The notes: generated by a model from the letters alone, not told the origin. Positions 9,995 through 21,400 are shown, numbered from the stretch's first letter. The stretch: 64,000 bases of DNA from Patescibacteria group bacterium (GCA_041666845.1 JBAYGC010000006.1:6-64005), one strand, 5' to 3'. Numbers and translations: made by a program.

Positions 9995-10120
9995 CCACCC
10001 ACACAGTCATTCCCGACCTGATCGGGAATCCATAAATCGTCTTGTTACAAGATACTGGATTCCCGTCTCCACGGGAATGACCGGTGATAGGAAGGTGCGA
10101 CGTCGACGTCGCACCTTCCT
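9995..10120. repeat. GC-rich cluster of three consecutive perfect hairpins (repeat family B) downstream of dnaK
   Basis: attcccga-cctga-tcgggaat (10011-10031), attcccg-tctcca-cgggaat (10061-10080) and the 32-nt perfect palindrome aggaaggtgcgacgtcgacgtcgcaccttcct (10089-10120). A related copy lies at 32359-32402. Confidence 0.6.
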
Positions 10121-10126
10121 GGTTAA

Positions 10127-12073
10127 TTACTTTTTGTCTTCCTTCTTCTCCTCCTGCGCTTTGGCTTCGGAGGACTTGTCTTCCGTAAATTCGCCTTCTA
10201 CCGGCTCTTTATCTCCCTCTTTTTTCTCACCGGCTTTGGCGGCATCAGCTTTCTTTGCCGCTTCTTCCTTCTGCTGTGCTTCATACATAGCCTGCCCGAT
10301 TTTCTGGGCAGCTGTTGATAGCTCTTCGGTGGCTTTTTTGATTGCCTCCACGTCGTCTTTATCTTTTACATCATTGACCGCTTTGACCCTTTCTTCCACG
10401 GATTTCTTGTCCTCTTCTTTAATCTTATCTCCGCCTTCTTTGATCGCTTTTTCGGAAGTGATCACCATGGTTTCCGCCATGTTGCGGGCTTCGATCAGAT
10501 TTTTCTTTTTCTTATCTTCTTCAGCGTGGATTTCCGCGTCTTTCTTCATCTTTTCCACTTCCTCATCAGACAATCCGGAAGAAGCTTCAATGCGGATGCT
10601 TTGTTCTTTGTTGGTTGCTTTGTCCTTCGCTTTCACGCTGAGGATTCCATTGGCATCAATATCAAATCCTACTTCTACCTGCGGGATTCCGCGTGGTGAC
10701 GGAGGGATGCCATCCAGAATAAATCTACCCAGTGACTTATTATCTGCCGCCATTTCTCTTTCTCCCTGCAAGACGTGAATCTCTACCGATGTCTGATTGT
10801 CAGCAGCAGTTGAGAATACTTGGCTTTTAGATGCTGGGATGGTGGTGTTCTTTTCAATTAATGGCGTGCGTACTCCGCCCAGTGTTTCAATACCTAGTGT
10901 TAGCGGGGTAACGTCCAAAAGTAGAACGTCTTTTACTTCGCCCTGAAGCACACCGGCTTGTACCGCGGCACCGATTGCCACTACTTCATCCGGGTTTACA
11001 GATGAGTTCGGTTTTTTACCGAAGAATTCTTCTACTTTCTTCTGTACTAAAGGCATTCTGGTTTGTCCGCCGACTAACACGATTTCATTCATGTCTTTGG
11101 CTTCCAAACCGGCATCTTTCAACGCTTTCCGGCAAGGCTCCAATGTCTTTTCCACAAAATCACCGACAATATCTTCCAGTTTGGCGCGGGTCAGTTTCAA
11201 TACCAGATGTTTCGGGCCGGATTCATCAGTTGTGATGAACGGCTGGTTGATTTCCGTTTCCTGCGTGGATGACAGTTCAATTTTGGCTTTTTCCGCGGCT
11301 TCTTTGATTCTCTGCAATGCCAGATTGTCCTTGGACAGGTCGATTCCCTGATCCTTTCTGAATTCGTCCAGTATCCAGTGCATGATGCGCTGGTCAAAGT
11401 CATCTCCGCCGAGGTGAGTGTCGCCGTTGGTCGCTTTCACTTCTACAGTGTCATCACCGATTTCCAAAATGGAAATATCAAATGTTCCACCACCCAGATC
11501 ATAGACTGCGATCTTTTCATCTTTTTTCTTGTTGAACCCGTAGGCAAGTGCCGCCGCGGTCGGTTCGTTGATAATACGTTTCACATCAAACCCGGCAATC
11601 TTTCCCGCGTCTTTGGTCGCCTGCCTTTGTGAGTCGTCAAAATATGCCGGCACGGTAATTACCGCTTCGGTTATTTTCTCACCCAGTTTGTCTTCGGCGT
11701 CGGCTTTCAGTTTCTGCAGAATCATTGCGGAAACTTCCTGCGGAGTGTGTTGTTTATCGCCCATTTTCACCGTCACACCGTCGTTGTTTTTTTCAATTTT
11801 ATAAGGCAGTGTTTTTGCGTCATTCTGCACTTCTTCTTCCTCCCACCTTCGTCCGATCAGACGTTTCACAGAAAACACCGTGTTTTCCGGATTGGTTACC
11901 GCCTGTCTTTTGGCCAGCTGGCCGACCAGACGTTCACCGCTTTTGGAGATTGCAACCACGGAAGGAGTGGTGCGGTTTCCCTCTTTATTTTCCAGCACTT
12001 TCGGCTCGCCTCCCTCGACGATTGCCATTGCTGAGTTGGTGGTACCGAGATCGATACCTAATATCTTTGCCAT
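10127..12073 (-). CDS. dnaK: Chaperone DnaK (Hsp70)
   Basis: [16 protein letters not shown] and a full-length Hsp70 (648 aa) with an acidic C-terminal tail. Confidence 0.97.
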   Translation of the reverse strand: MAKILGIDLGTTNSAMAIVEGGEPKVLENKEGNRTTPSVVAISKSGERLVGQLAKRQAVTNPENTVFSVKRLIGRRWEEEEVQNDAKTLPYKIEKNNDGVTVKMGDKQHTPQEVSAMILQKLKADAEDKLGEKITEAVITVPAYFDDSQRQATKDAGKIAGFDVKRIINEPTAAALAYGFNKKKDEKIAVYDLGGGTFDISILEIGDDTVEVKATNGDTHLGGDDFDQRIMHWILDEFRKDQGIDLSKDNLALQRIKEAAEKAKIELSSTQETEINQPFITTDESGPKHLVLKLTRAKLEDIVGDFVEKTLEPCRKALKDAGLEAKDMNEIVLVGGQTRMPLVQKKVEEFFGKKPNSSVNPDEVVAIGAAVQAGVLQGEVKDVLLLDVTPLTLGIETLGGVRTPLIEKNTTIPASKSQVFSTAADNQTSVEIHVLQGEREMAADNKSLGRFILDGIPPSPRGIPQVEVGFDIDANGILSVKAKDKATNKEQSIRIEASSGLSDEEVEKMKKDAEIHAEEDKKKKNLIEARNMAETMVITSEKAIKEGGDKIKEEDKKSVEERVKAVNDVKDKDDVEAIKKATEELSTAAQKIGQAMYEAQQKEEAAKKADAAKAGEKKEGDKEPVEGEFTEDKSSEAKAQEEKKEDKK

Positions 12074-12229
12074 TTTACTTAATTCCTTTCTTTAATGATT
12101 GATAATGTTTAATAAGTTGGTTCTTTTGAACCCGGGGAGCGAAATGTAAATAGATTCTTCGGCTTGACGAGTCCTCGTCTCGCTCAGAATGACATTTCGC
12201 TACCCGGAGCCAGAAGCTCCGAGTGATTC

Positions 12230-12661
12230 CTATTTGAAACCTTTTTTTAATACGTTAACCTTGATTGTTTTCGGCATTACCTGTTCCGCTTTAGGAATAG
12301 TAATTTTCAGAATTCCGTTTTCGAAGTCGGCATTGGCTTTATCGCCGTCTACGGCAATCGGCAATGCAACCGCGCGGTGAAATCCGCCGGTTCTGACCTC
12401 TTTGCGGTAATATTCCTTTTCATCTACTTCCGACTTCTTTTCCATAGAACCTTCGATGGTTAATACGTCGTTCTCGATGGAAATATTTACCTTTTCCGGA
12501 TCAACGCCGGCCAAAGGCGTTTCCACAATTACCGAATCCTTCGTCTGATAGACGTCAATCGCCGGAACAAAACCGTTGGACATGCCGGACATGTATTCTT
12601 CCATGAACTTGTCCATGTCATCCCAAGGCTGGATCATCGGTCGATATTTCATAATATGCAT
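12230..12661 (-). CDS. Small heat-shock protein, Hsp20/alpha-crystallin family
   Basis: Alpha-crystallin domain with the motif GILKITIPK. It sits between grpE and dnaK. Confidence 0.85.
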   Translation of the reverse strand: MHIMKYRPMIQPWDDMDKFMEEYMSGMSNGFVPAIDVYQTKDSVIVETPLAGVDPEKVNISIENDVLTIEGSMEKKSEVDEKEYYRKEVRTGGFHRAVALPIAVDGDKANADFENGILKITIPKAEQVMPKTIKVNVLKKGFK

Positions 12662-12686
12662 ATATTTATCTCCTTGTTGTTAATTA

Positions 12687-13196
12687 TTATTTTGCTACCT
12701 TGACTTTCGCCGGCTGGATTACCCGGCCGTTCATACGAAAGCCAGTTGTTAGTTCTTCCACGATTGTTCCTTTTTCCTGGTCCGATTCTACTTCTTCAAT
12801 CGCTTCGTGCATTTCCGGGTTGAACTGTTTTCCTTGTGTTTCGATTTCTTCAATTCCCAATCCTTTTAATATATTCTTTAGATTATTCTGGATATGTGTG
12901 ATTCCGATCAGCCAGTTGGAGCCTTCAATTTCTTTCGGCACGTGCTTCATGGCCTGTTTAAACTGGTCGACGAGCGGGAATATGTCGAGCAACATTCCGG
13001 CGTTGGCAAATTCAATCAGTTCTGTCTGTCTTTGCTCCTGTTCTCTTTTGAAATTGATGTAATCCGCCTTGGCGCGTTTCCATCCGTTTAGATACTCTTC
13101 TGCCTGGTTTTTCGCGGTTTCCAATTCTTTTTGAATGTCCGTATCCGGTTCCTTTTCCTGTTTCTCGTGTTTATCGTGCTTGTCGTGGTGAGTCAT
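12687..13196 (-). CDS. grpE: Nucleotide exchange factor GrpE
   Basis: Charged N-terminus followed by the GrpE core, in an hrcA-grpE-dnaK context. Confidence 0.88.
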   Translation of the reverse strand: MTHHDKHDKHEKQEKEPDTDIQKELETAKNQAEEYLNGWKRAKADYINFKREQEQRQTELIEFANAGMLLDIFPLVDQFKQAMKHVPKEIEGSNWLIGITHIQNNLKNILKGLGIEEIETQGKQFNPEMHEAIEEVESDQEKGTIVEELTTGFRMNGRVIQPAKVKVAK

Positions 13197-13205
13197 AAAT
13201 ATTAA

Positions 13206-13907
13206 TTACAAATTAGTTATAAGTTCCTGAGTGTATTTGATCAGCGCGCGGTTATGGGAATAATTCATCCGCATCGGGCCGAGGATTGCGATCAAACCTT
13301 CGCTATTCCCTCTTTGATATTTGGTTAAAATAGTACTGCACTGCTTACCAAACGGATTTTCTTTACCAAGTAGAATGTGTACATCATTGCTGATATCATT
13401 AAAAATTCCCGCCACCGCTTCATCCAGATGATCCACAACTTCGCTTAAGTTATAAATAACATCTAACTCTGCAAATTCCGGTTGACGGAACACGTTGGTC
13501 AGTCCGGTATAGTAAATATCTCTCGGTGAAAAACCCACAACCACCGCGCCATTAGAAAGCGCCGCGACTTCTTTCGCCACCTGTTTCACTGCAAATGAAT
13601 CTTCGTTTTCTGCATTTAACATCTGCTGGAGTTGCATTTTATGCTTTTCGCTCAAATCTTTTTCATCCAGATAATTATCAATAAAAAAGCGATATCCTTT
13701 TTCGGTTGGAATGCGTCCGGCTGAAGTATGCGGATGAGTGAGATAACCTTCTTTCTCCAGCTCCATCATTTCGTTGCGAATTGTCGCCGTGGACAGATCA
13801 AACCCGCCCTTGCCTACCAGAAGATTGGAACCCACCGGTATGGCGGTTTTAATATGCTGTTTGATAATTGCCGCAAGTAGGGCTTTTTTACGGTCATTTA
13901 GCTCCAT
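13206..13907 (-). CDS. hrcA: Heat-inducible transcription repressor HrcA (short form, 233 aa)
   Basis: N-terminal wHTH typical of HrcA (LLAAIIKQHIKTAIPVGSNLL). It is first in the operon and a CIRCE element lies immediately upstream. Confidence 0.75.
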   Translation of the reverse strand: MELNDRKKALLAAIIKQHIKTAIPVGSNLLVGKGGFDLSTATIRNEMMELEKEGYLTHPHTSAGRIPTEKGYRFFIDNYLDEKDLSEKHKMQLQQMLNAENEDSFAVKQVAKEVAALSNGAVVVGFSPRDIYYTGLTNVFRQPEFAELDVIYNLSEVVDHLDEAVAGIFNDISNDVHILLGKENPFGKQCSTILTKYQRGNSEGLIAILGPMRMNYSHNRALIKYTQELITNL

Positions 13908-13918
13908 ATTTGATACTT

Positions 13919-13945
13919 TTTAGCACTCCTTATGGTAGAGTGCTA
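13919..13945 (-). promoter_or_regulatory. CIRCE operator (TTAGCACTC-N9-GAGTGCTAA), the HrcA binding site
   Basis: Perfect consensus match: ttagcactc (13919-13927), cttatggta, gagtgctaa (13937-13945), 11 bp upstream of the hrcA start. Confidence 0.9.
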
Positions 13946-13961
13946 ATTTAGTATAGCATAT

Positions 13962-13985
13962 CAAAAAAAGGGGTCAAGTCCCCTA
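13962..13985 (-). terminator. Intrinsic terminator after the glycosyltransferase gene
   Basis: On the minus strand: aggggacttgacccct followed by ttttttt. Confidence 0.6.
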
Positions 13986-14035
13986 TTTTCGTTAGTTTAG
14001 TCATTAGCTACAATAATATAAAAGCATCACTTTCC

Positions 14036-15310
14036 TTACTTTTTCCTTTTCTTATTTTCCAAGGATTCCATGAAGTGTTCAATGATATCTACCGCACGGT
14101 TACCATTGCGATACGATCGGATTGTTTTTTTGAATTTCTCCGCGTTCTTCCGGTATTTATTATGCTTTAATATTTTTTCAATCGCAAACCGGATTTCCGA
14201 CGGTTTGACGTCCAGCGCATCCTTTAGTAAGGAATTCGGATTCACCCAAGTTGGTTTGATCGGGTTCAGGTTAATGCCGCATTTCAGACGTTCAATCCGC
14301 TTGGCGTTATACCACTGACCATAGTTATGCGGAATCACGATACATGGCTTTCCATACTTCAGCGCTTGCATCACCGTACCATGTCCGCCATGGTGGATAA
14401 CGATATCACTGATCTCACATGCTCTTTGGCCGGGCAAATATGTTTCCACCCATACGTTCTTTGGCAGTTTGCCTATTTTATTCTTATTAAAATTCGGCCC
14501 CAGACTGACAATCAACTGATAGTCAGAATCCGCGATTGCTTCAACTGTATTATTGAACATATCCTGGTTATAAATGGTTCCGCCGAGTGAGAGATAAATA
14601 ATCGGTTTGTTCTTATTCAGCTGTTTAAACCAGGACGGTTCTTTTTTTTCAAAGCCTTTCCAGAGTAACGGTCCGACAAAATACGCGTCATTCGGCAACG
14701 GGGAAAGTGAATTGTATTCCGGAACATCCGCTACCAGTTTCAGATCCGCATCGTACTGGGCATAAACAGACGCTTTGGCATACTGGTCGGATACTTTATG
14801 AAAAGGCACTTTCATTGCCTGCCGCGAAATAAAATTTACAAAAATCCAGCCGATAAAATAGTAGAACTGGTTTAATAGTTTCTTTTCTGAAAGGTCCAGA
14901 CCGTTCCCCTTCCAGAATTCTTTGAGGTATATGGAATTGGCAATCGTAATCCATGGAACTTTCTTGATTCTGGTGGAAATACAGGCCGTGGTCCGCTTGT
15001 CCGATATTACGACGTTCGGTTTGTATTTGTCGATAATCGACAAATCCTCTTGCACATAATTGGAAAGTAAATCCAGATATTCGTTTTTCTGGGCAAATTT
15101 ATATTCTTCCGCCACATCAAAACTGGTGGAAGGTGCCAGTGTGTAGGTTCCGTAACCGGCTTTTCTGACAAAATTCCGCTTATCCATACTGACCGCAAAA
15201 CGGATATGATATTTGGACTTCGGCAGTAAATCCGCGATCGCCAAACAACGGGTGATATGAGCCAGCCCGTCGGAATGCGGAAGAAACAGAATTTTTTTTC
15301 TTTTGATCAT
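14036..15310 (-). CDS. GT1-family (UDP-glycosyltransferase/MGT-like) glycosyltransferase
   Basis: GT-B fold with the C-terminal donor-binding motif HHGGHGTVMQALKYGKPCIVIPH. 424 aa. Confidence 0.8.
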   Translation of the reverse strand: MIKRKKILFLPHSDGLAHITRCLAIADLLPKSKYHIRFAVSMDKRNFVRKAGYGTYTLAPSTSFDVAEEYKFAQKNEYLDLLSNYVQEDLSIIDKYKPNVVISDKRTTACISTRIKKVPWITIANSIYLKEFWKGNGLDLSEKKLLNQFYYFIGWIFVNFISRQAMKVPFHKVSDQYAKASVYAQYDADLKLVADVPEYNSLSPLPNDAYFVGPLLWKGFEKKEPSWFKQLNKNKPIIYLSLGGTIYNQDMFNNTVEAIADSDYQLIVSLGPNFNKNKIGKLPKNVWVETYLPGQRACEISDIVIHHGGHGTVMQALKYGKPCIVIPHNYGQWYNAKRIERLKCGINLNPIKPTWVNPNSLLKDALDVKPSEIRFAIEKILKHNKYRKNAEKFKKTIRSYRNGNRAVDIIEHFMESLENKKRKK

Positions 15311-15312
15311 GA

Positions 15313-15930
15313 TTAATGCGGATATGATTTACCGGACAATTTAGCTATTTCCTGCATAACATCTCCGGTCGCGCTATCCAAAAGTTCCTTGGTAATTTCC
15401 TGATTATAATATTTATCCAGTGTAATCGGCATACCGACTTTAATCTTTGCTCTGCCGATTCCCCGGAAGAAATTTTTAAATGAATCTTTCACGGTCGACC
15501 CGTGCGGGCCGTCAATCCCAACCGGCACCACCGGCACTCTGTTGATGATGGCCAGTCTGGCTACACCGGTTTTCCCTTTGGCTAATTCTCTGTCAGGATT
15601 AGCTTTGCCTTCAGGAAATATACCAACAACCTCGCCTCTTTTCAATACCCCGTCTAATTTTTCCAAGGCACCGGCAGGATTCTTCGGATCAATCGGCACT
15701 GCGTCAAAAATCCGATAGTTGCCTGTTTTAGCGATAAAATTGATATGACGGTTGATTGTCTGGATTACCGGCGCCAGCAGAATATACTGGTCAAAATAAC
15801 TGACATGATTGACAGCAATAATAAACGCGCCGTTCTGCGGGAGGTTCTCACAACCCTCGGGCTTTTTGGTGAACAGATTGGTAATAGAATATATTGGTTT
15901 AACAATCCAGGAATTCAGTCGGATTTTCAT
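15313..15930 (-). CDS. plsC: 1-acyl-sn-glycerol-3-phosphate acyltransferase
   Basis: HxxxxD acyltransferase motif (VNHVSYFDQ) and FPEG. Confidence 0.8.
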   Translation of the reverse strand: MKIRLNSWIVKPIYSITNLFTKKPEGCENLPQNGAFIIAVNHVSYFDQYILLAPVIQTINRHINFIAKTGNYRIFDAVPIDPKNPAGALEKLDGVLKRGEVVGIFPEGKANPDRELAKGKTGVARLAIINRVPVVPVGIDGPHGSTVKDSFKNFFRGIGRAKIKVGMPITLDKYYNQEITKELLDSATGDVMQEIAKLSGKSYPH

Positions 15931-15932
15931 AT

Positions 15933-17051
15933 TTACAGTTTTAAGGATTTTCTGCGGATATATACGCTCTCAACAATCCCAATCGAAAGCAAGCTCATCA
16001 TCAGCGAACTTCCTCCGGCACTGATAAAAGGCAAGGGCAGGCCGGCAACCGGCGCCAAGCCCAGATTCATCCCAATATTAATAAACATCTGCACCACAAT
16101 CATTACCATAATCCCCCAAGCAACATATATACCAAAATCATCCTGCGCGACACGTATGATCTTAATAATCCGCCAAAACAAAAGCCCGAATATGGAAATT
16201 ACGAAAAAAACACCGATGAATCCCAGTTCCTCCGCGATTACGGCAAAAACAAAATCCGTTTCTTTTGCCGGCAAAAAATTCAAACGGCTCTGCGGACCCA
16301 AAGAAAGGCCTCTCCCCCAAAACTGGCCGGAACCGATGGAAATAATTGACTGACTGACATTGTATCCCTGTTTCAGCGGGTCGCGCGTCGGCTGGACGAA
16401 ATTGAGCACCCGTTCTTTCTGATAATCCGCCAGGAAAAACCAGCTGACAAACATTACCAGAAGCATTGTGCCCAGGATAATTAAGATGTGCGATTTTTTG
16501 ATCCTGGTCAGCCAGGTCATTCCCGCCCAGATCGAAATAAAAATAATCGCGGATCCCAAATCCGGTTGCATCAGTACCAGTAAAACCGGCAAAGCAATGA
16601 ATGACGCGCTGATCACAACGTTTTTAAAGGTAAATGGCTCTGATGCTTTATGTGCCAGGTATCTGGCCAGAAAGATAATCATCAGTATCTTTACAACTTC
16701 AACCGGCTGGAAAACCTGGCCAAAAAAAGAATACCATCCCTTCGTGCCACGAACGGTAATACCGAAAAACAATACTCCCAACAGAAGCGATACTCCCACC
16801 CAATAAATAATATTGGCGTAGCCCCTCAAAAACCGATAATCAAAAAAAGCCAGGCTGAATAAGAAAATTATTCCCAGGCCAAAGGCCACTGACTGCGTGA
16901 TCAACAGACCGAACGATCCGCCTTCTTGATTTACTGAAATACTGTAAATAGCCAGTAACCCAAATATTACCAGGACAGATACAATAATAAACAGAATCCA
17001 GTCAAACTTTTTAAATTGAGCTAAGTATTTATCAAATATCATACCAATCAA
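15933..17051 (-). CDS. SEDS-family peptidoglycan glycosyltransferase (FtsW/RodA)
   Basis: 372 aa with 10 TM helices and the typical FtsW/RodA/SpoVE architecture. Confidence 0.85.
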   Translation of the reverse strand: MIGMIFDKYLAQFKKFDWILFIIVSVLVIFGLLAIYSISVNQEGGSFGLLITQSVAFGLGIIFLFSLAFFDYRFLRGYANIIYWVGVSLLLGVLFFGITVRGTKGWYSFFGQVFQPVEVVKILMIIFLARYLAHKASEPFTFKNVVISASFIALPVLLVLMQPDLGSAIIFISIWAGMTWLTRIKKSHILIILGTMLLVMFVSWFFLADYQKERVLNFVQPTRDPLKQGYNVSQSIISIGSGQFWGRGLSLGPQSRLNFLPAKETDFVFAVIAEELGFIGVFFVISIFGLLFWRIIKIIRVAQDDFGIYVAWGIMVMIVVQMFINIGMNLGLAPVAGLPLPFISAGGSSLMMSLLSIGIVESVYIRRKSLKL

Positions 17052-17068
17052 AAGAAATAAATCAAACT

Positions 17069-17965
17069 CTAGAATTCATCCGGTGAATACAGCATTTCCG
17101 GATCATAAGCGTTTACTTCCGGCACAATCTTCACATTGGTAATTGATCGGTATTCATCACTCCAGGAAATCCCCAGCTCTTTGGAAGCAAGTGCGCCGAA
17201 CCGGTCAAATTTTATTTCATTGATTGCAACCGGCCGGTCACCACTGAACAGAACTACCTGAAAATTAACCTGCCAGAAATTATATACCGTATTATTTTTA
17301 ATGTTTGCACTGACCCTGGTGGAAAACGAAGTGTAAGTACCACGCTCCCCCTGAATCGGCAGATAATCGACTTTGGCGTCATTAATTTCAAAATTAAGCG
17401 CGGGTTTTTCCAGCGGGAATTCGATTCTCTTCCAACCCGGATTGTCGATGACCAATTGAGCGGTCGGCTTTTGCGACGTGCTCTTGACCGAATATTTAAA
17501 AATGAAGCGCTCTTCCTGCGGCAGTAAAAAGGTATCACCAGTATCCAGATCAACTCCATCCAAGACAAAATGATATTGCAAATTGCCTGCCATCCATTTT
17601 GCATTGGGATTTTTCACATCCGCTACCAAATGGTACGTTTGCGTTTGCCCGGGAACCGGCACCATTACCGTACTGACCACTTGAATATTTTGCGGTGCAT
17701 TTGCCTGTTGATAGGCCGTAAAGTTTATATACGACTGGCTGATTTGACTTGGAATGGCAACATACTTATTCCATGTATAGAGCAGAACAATTGAAGCAAA
17801 TAAGATATATAAAAAAACTAGCAGATCCGCCACGGCCAACACAATCACCCACCACTTTTTCAGCTGGTAACGGTGGGTAACCCACCAAATGCTTATTTTG
17901 AGTTGTTTATCGCTGTATTCCGGCATTAGATTATTCGTTGATATAAAAATACCATAAACGAGCAA
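17069..17965 (-). CDS. Membrane-anchored hypothetical protein
   Basis: 298 aa. One N-terminal TM helix; the extracytoplasmic remainder has no recognised domain. Confidence 0.5.
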   Translation of the reverse strand: MLVYGIFISTNNLMPEYSDKQLKISIWWVTHRYQLKKWWVIVLAVADLLVFLYILFASIVLLYTWNKYVAIPSQISQSYINFTAYQQANAPQNIQVVSTVMVPVPGQTQTYHLVADVKNPNAKWMAGNLQYHFVLDGVDLDTGDTFLLPQEERFIFKYSVKSTSQKPTAQLVIDNPGWKRIEFPLEKPALNFEINDAKVDYLPIQGERGTYTSFSTRVSANIKNNTVYNFWQVNFQVVLFSGDRPVAINEIKFDRFGALASKELGISWSDEYRSITNVKIVPEVNAYDPEMLYSPDEF

Positions 17966-18041
17966 AAAAATGAAGCTTATTCAAGTCTTGTGGAAGATAT
18001 GATATACTTACGTTACAAATCTAATTCTTCAATTCATACAT

Positions 18042-18383
18042 ATGTTTGACACCAGTAAAGATATATTATTTCTCGTGATTGCGCTCTGTGTGTTTGTGGT
18101 CACAGTATTTTCCGTCTGGATTTTATATTACATTGCACAAATATTGAAATCTTCAAAGGAGATGGTCGTAGAAATAAAAAATAAGGTGGAAGAATTCGGC
18201 AATGTATTGAATCTGCTGAAAGATAAAATTACCCACTCCACAACCATGCTGACAACAGTGGTCAAAGGGGTAACTGATTTACTGAACATGTTTAAAGGCA
18301 GGGGTTTTAGAAAAAAAGATAGCGAGGAAGATGAATTCGAAGAAGAGGAAGTTCCAGAAAAACCACGTCGCAAAAAGAAATAA
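18042..18383 (+). CDS. Small membrane protein with a charged C-terminal tail
   Basis: 113 aa. N-terminal TM helix and a KKDSEEDEFEEEE...RRKKK tail. A terminator follows. Confidence 0.5.
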   Translation: MFDTSKDILFLVIALCVFVVTVFSVWILYYIAQILKSSKEMVVEIKNKVEEFGNVLNLLKDKITHSTTMLTTVVKGVTDLLNMFKGRGFRKKDSEEDEFEEEEVPEKPRRKKK

Positions 18384-18399
18384 CGTAATTTAAAATATT

Positions 18400-18428
18400 A
18401 AGCCCTTGAAAATTTAAGGGCTTTTTTG
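18400..18428 (+). terminator. Intrinsic terminator
   Basis: aagccctt-gaaaattt-aagggctt followed by tttttt. Confidence 0.7.
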
Positions 18429-18433
18429 GTGCA

Positions 18434-18463
18434 TTGATTAGGTTGGGAAAAAAGTGTTATAAT
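18434..18463 (+). promoter_or_regulatory. dnaE promoter (TTGATT - 17 bp - TGtTATAAT)
   Basis: TTGATT at 18434-18439 and an extended -10 TGtTATAAT at 18455-18463. Confidence 0.5.
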
Positions 18464-18491
18464 TTACAACTGAATTAACAAAACATCCAGC

Positions 18492-21400
18492 ATGAGTTTC
18501 GTCCACCTCCATACGCACAGCCACTACAGTTTGCTCGACGGTCTGCCAAAAATCGGTGATTTGGTTGCAAGGGCAAAAAAGCTGAATATGAACGCCCTGG
18601 CTTTAACCGACCACGGTGTTCTGTATGGCGCGATTGAGTTTTTTCAAAAAGCAACCGAGGCCGGAATCAAACCGATTATCGGTGTGGAAGCCTATGTTGC
18701 AAAAAACGGAATGCACAATAAAAGATCCCGGGTTGATGACCGGCCGTATCATTTGATTCTGCTGGCAAAGAACCAGACCGGCTATCAGAATCTGCTCTCT
18801 TTGGTAACCAAGGCGCATCTGGAAGGATTTTATTACAAACCGCGCATCGACTGGGAGTTACTGCAACAACATTCCAAAGGATTGATTGCCATGACCGCCT
18901 GTTTGCAGGGAGAGATACCGTCCGCCATCAGAAACAGCGACTTGAAACATGCCGAGGAATTGATTAAAAACTATGCCGAGCTCTTTGGCGAAGGAAATTT
19001 TTACCTGGAACTGCAGCACCATCCCAGCATTGAACAGCAACACCGGGTGAATGAAGCACTGATTGATCTTGGTAAAAAATTGAAGATCCCGTTGGTCGCG
19101 ACCAATGACGTGCATTACCTGGAACCGGCAGATGCTTATCCGCAGGACGTGCTTTTGTGTATCCAGATGAAAAGAAAACAGGAAGAGACAGACCGGATTT
19201 CCTACGTTGGTGAAGATTTTTCCCTGAAGACGCCGGAACAAATGGCCAGGGATTTCAGCCATGTCCCGGAAGCACTGGAAAATACAGTTAAAATTGCCGA
19301 AAAATGCAATTTGGATATCGAATTCGGTAAAATAATGCTCCCCCATTTTGAAACACCGAAAGAAACAAACCCGGACGACTTTTTAAGGGAGCTCTGCTAT
19401 GAGGGCATTAAAAAGAGATTTGGCATCGATATTCCTTCGGATCCGACAAAGCAGAATATTACGGATGAAAAAACAAGAACGATCATTGACCGGCTGGAGT
19501 ATGAACTGAAAGTGATCCATAAGACCGGTTTTGCTTCATATTTTTTGATTGTGCAGGATTTTGTTAACTGGGCAAAAAACAGTAAGATCGTAGTCGGCCC
19601 GGGCAGAGGTTCGGCGGCCGGAAGTATTGTTTCTTATGTTTTAAATATTACCAACCTCGATCCCCTGCACTATGAACTGATGTTTGAGCGATTTCTAAAC
19701 CCCGAGAGAATCTCCATGCCGGATATTGATATTGATTTTGCCGATTCCCGCCGGAATGAAGTGATCACCTACGTGGAAGAAAAATACGGCAAAGACCATG
19801 TGGCACAGATTATTACTTTCGGAACCATGGCCGCGAGAGCTGCTATTCGGGATGTTGGCAGAGTGCAGGGTTTGCCTTACAATTTTTGTGATCAGGTCGC
19901 TAAGATGATCCCGATGTTCATGACGCTGGATGACGCACTGAAAGCCGTACCGGAACTTAAAAGTTTATACACCACCGATACAGAAGCAAAAAAGCTTATT
20001 GATACCGCAAAGAAATTAGAAGGTGTAGCCCGCCATACTTCCACCCATGCCTGCGGAATAGTCATTGCCCCTAATCCACTGGAACAGCACGTCCCGACCC
20101 AATATGCCAGCCAGGATGACAAAACAATCATTACCCAGTATTCGCTGAATCCGATTGAGGATTTGGGTCTTTTAAAGATGGACTTTCTCGGATTGAAGAA
20201 TCTGACAATTCTTGAAAATGCCCTGGATATTATTTTTAAAACAACCGGGGAAGAAGTTGATATCGATAAAATTCCGCTGGACGATAAAAACGCATTCAAA
20301 CTTTTTCAGAAGGGCGACACAATCGGAGTATTTCAGCTGGAAAGCTCCGGCATGACCCGCTACCTGAAAGAATTGAAGCCGACGGACCTCGAAGATATCA
20401 TCGCGATGGTTTCCCTGTACCGCCCGGGACCGATGGAACTGATCCCCGATTACATTGCCGGCAAGCGCGGTAAGAAAAAAATATCCTATCTCCATCCGAA
20501 ACTGGAACCGATTTTGAAAAAAACCTACGGCATTGCCGTTTATCAGGAACAGATTCTACAGATTGCCCGTGATTTGTGCGGTTTCACCCTCGGCGAGGCC
20601 GATATCCTGCGTAAAGCAATCGGTAAAAAGATCAGATCGCTTTTAATGGAGCAACGGGAAAAATTCGTTCAAGGCGCAATTAATAACGGTATACAAAAGC
20701 GCATTGCGGAAAAGCTATTTGATTTCGTCGAGCCGTTCGCCGAGTATGGCTTCAACCGGTCGCATGCAGCTTGTTACGCATTAATTGCCTACCAAACCGC
20801 CTATCTGAAAGCCAATTGGCCGGCACAATTTTTGGCCGCTCTCCTGACCGCTGATTACGGCAATACCGACCGGATCGCCGTGGAGGTGGCGGAAACAAAA
20901 AAACACGGCATTGAAGTCGTTCCACCGGACGTCAATGAAAGCTTTTCAACTTTTACCGTAGTTAAAGAAAGCTTGGGTACCGACCAGCCCCGTATCCGCT
21001 TCGGTTTAATGGCTATTAAAAATATCGGCACCAACATTGTCCGTACGATTATTGACGAAAGAAAAAAGGACGGCAAATACAAAAACCTGGAAGATTTCCT
21101 TAGGCGCGTACAGACCAAAGACCTGAACAAAAAATCGCTCGAAAGTTTGATTAAGTGCGGGGCGATGGATGATTTCGGTAATCGCCAAACTCTTTTAGAT
21201 AATTTGGAGTCAATCTTAATTTACGCGAAAAACAGTCAGAAAGAAAGACTTAATGGTCAGACCAACCTTTTTGGGATGCTCCCCGCCGAGCACAGTCCGA
21301 AGTTACGCCTGACCGAATCAGAACCGGTTGATAAGAAGACCAGGCTGGGCTGGGAGAAACAACTGCTCGGTATGTATATCTCCGAACATCCGCTGGATGA

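Noticed and set aside
9951-12102. Numerous ORFs antisense to dnaK (for example 9951..10778 +, 11725..12102 +) and inside dnaE, thrS, pheT and gyrB
   Set aside because: They are embedded antisense or alternative-frame to well-supported conserved genes. They are Ser/Arg/Leu-rich with no signals, so they are spurious.
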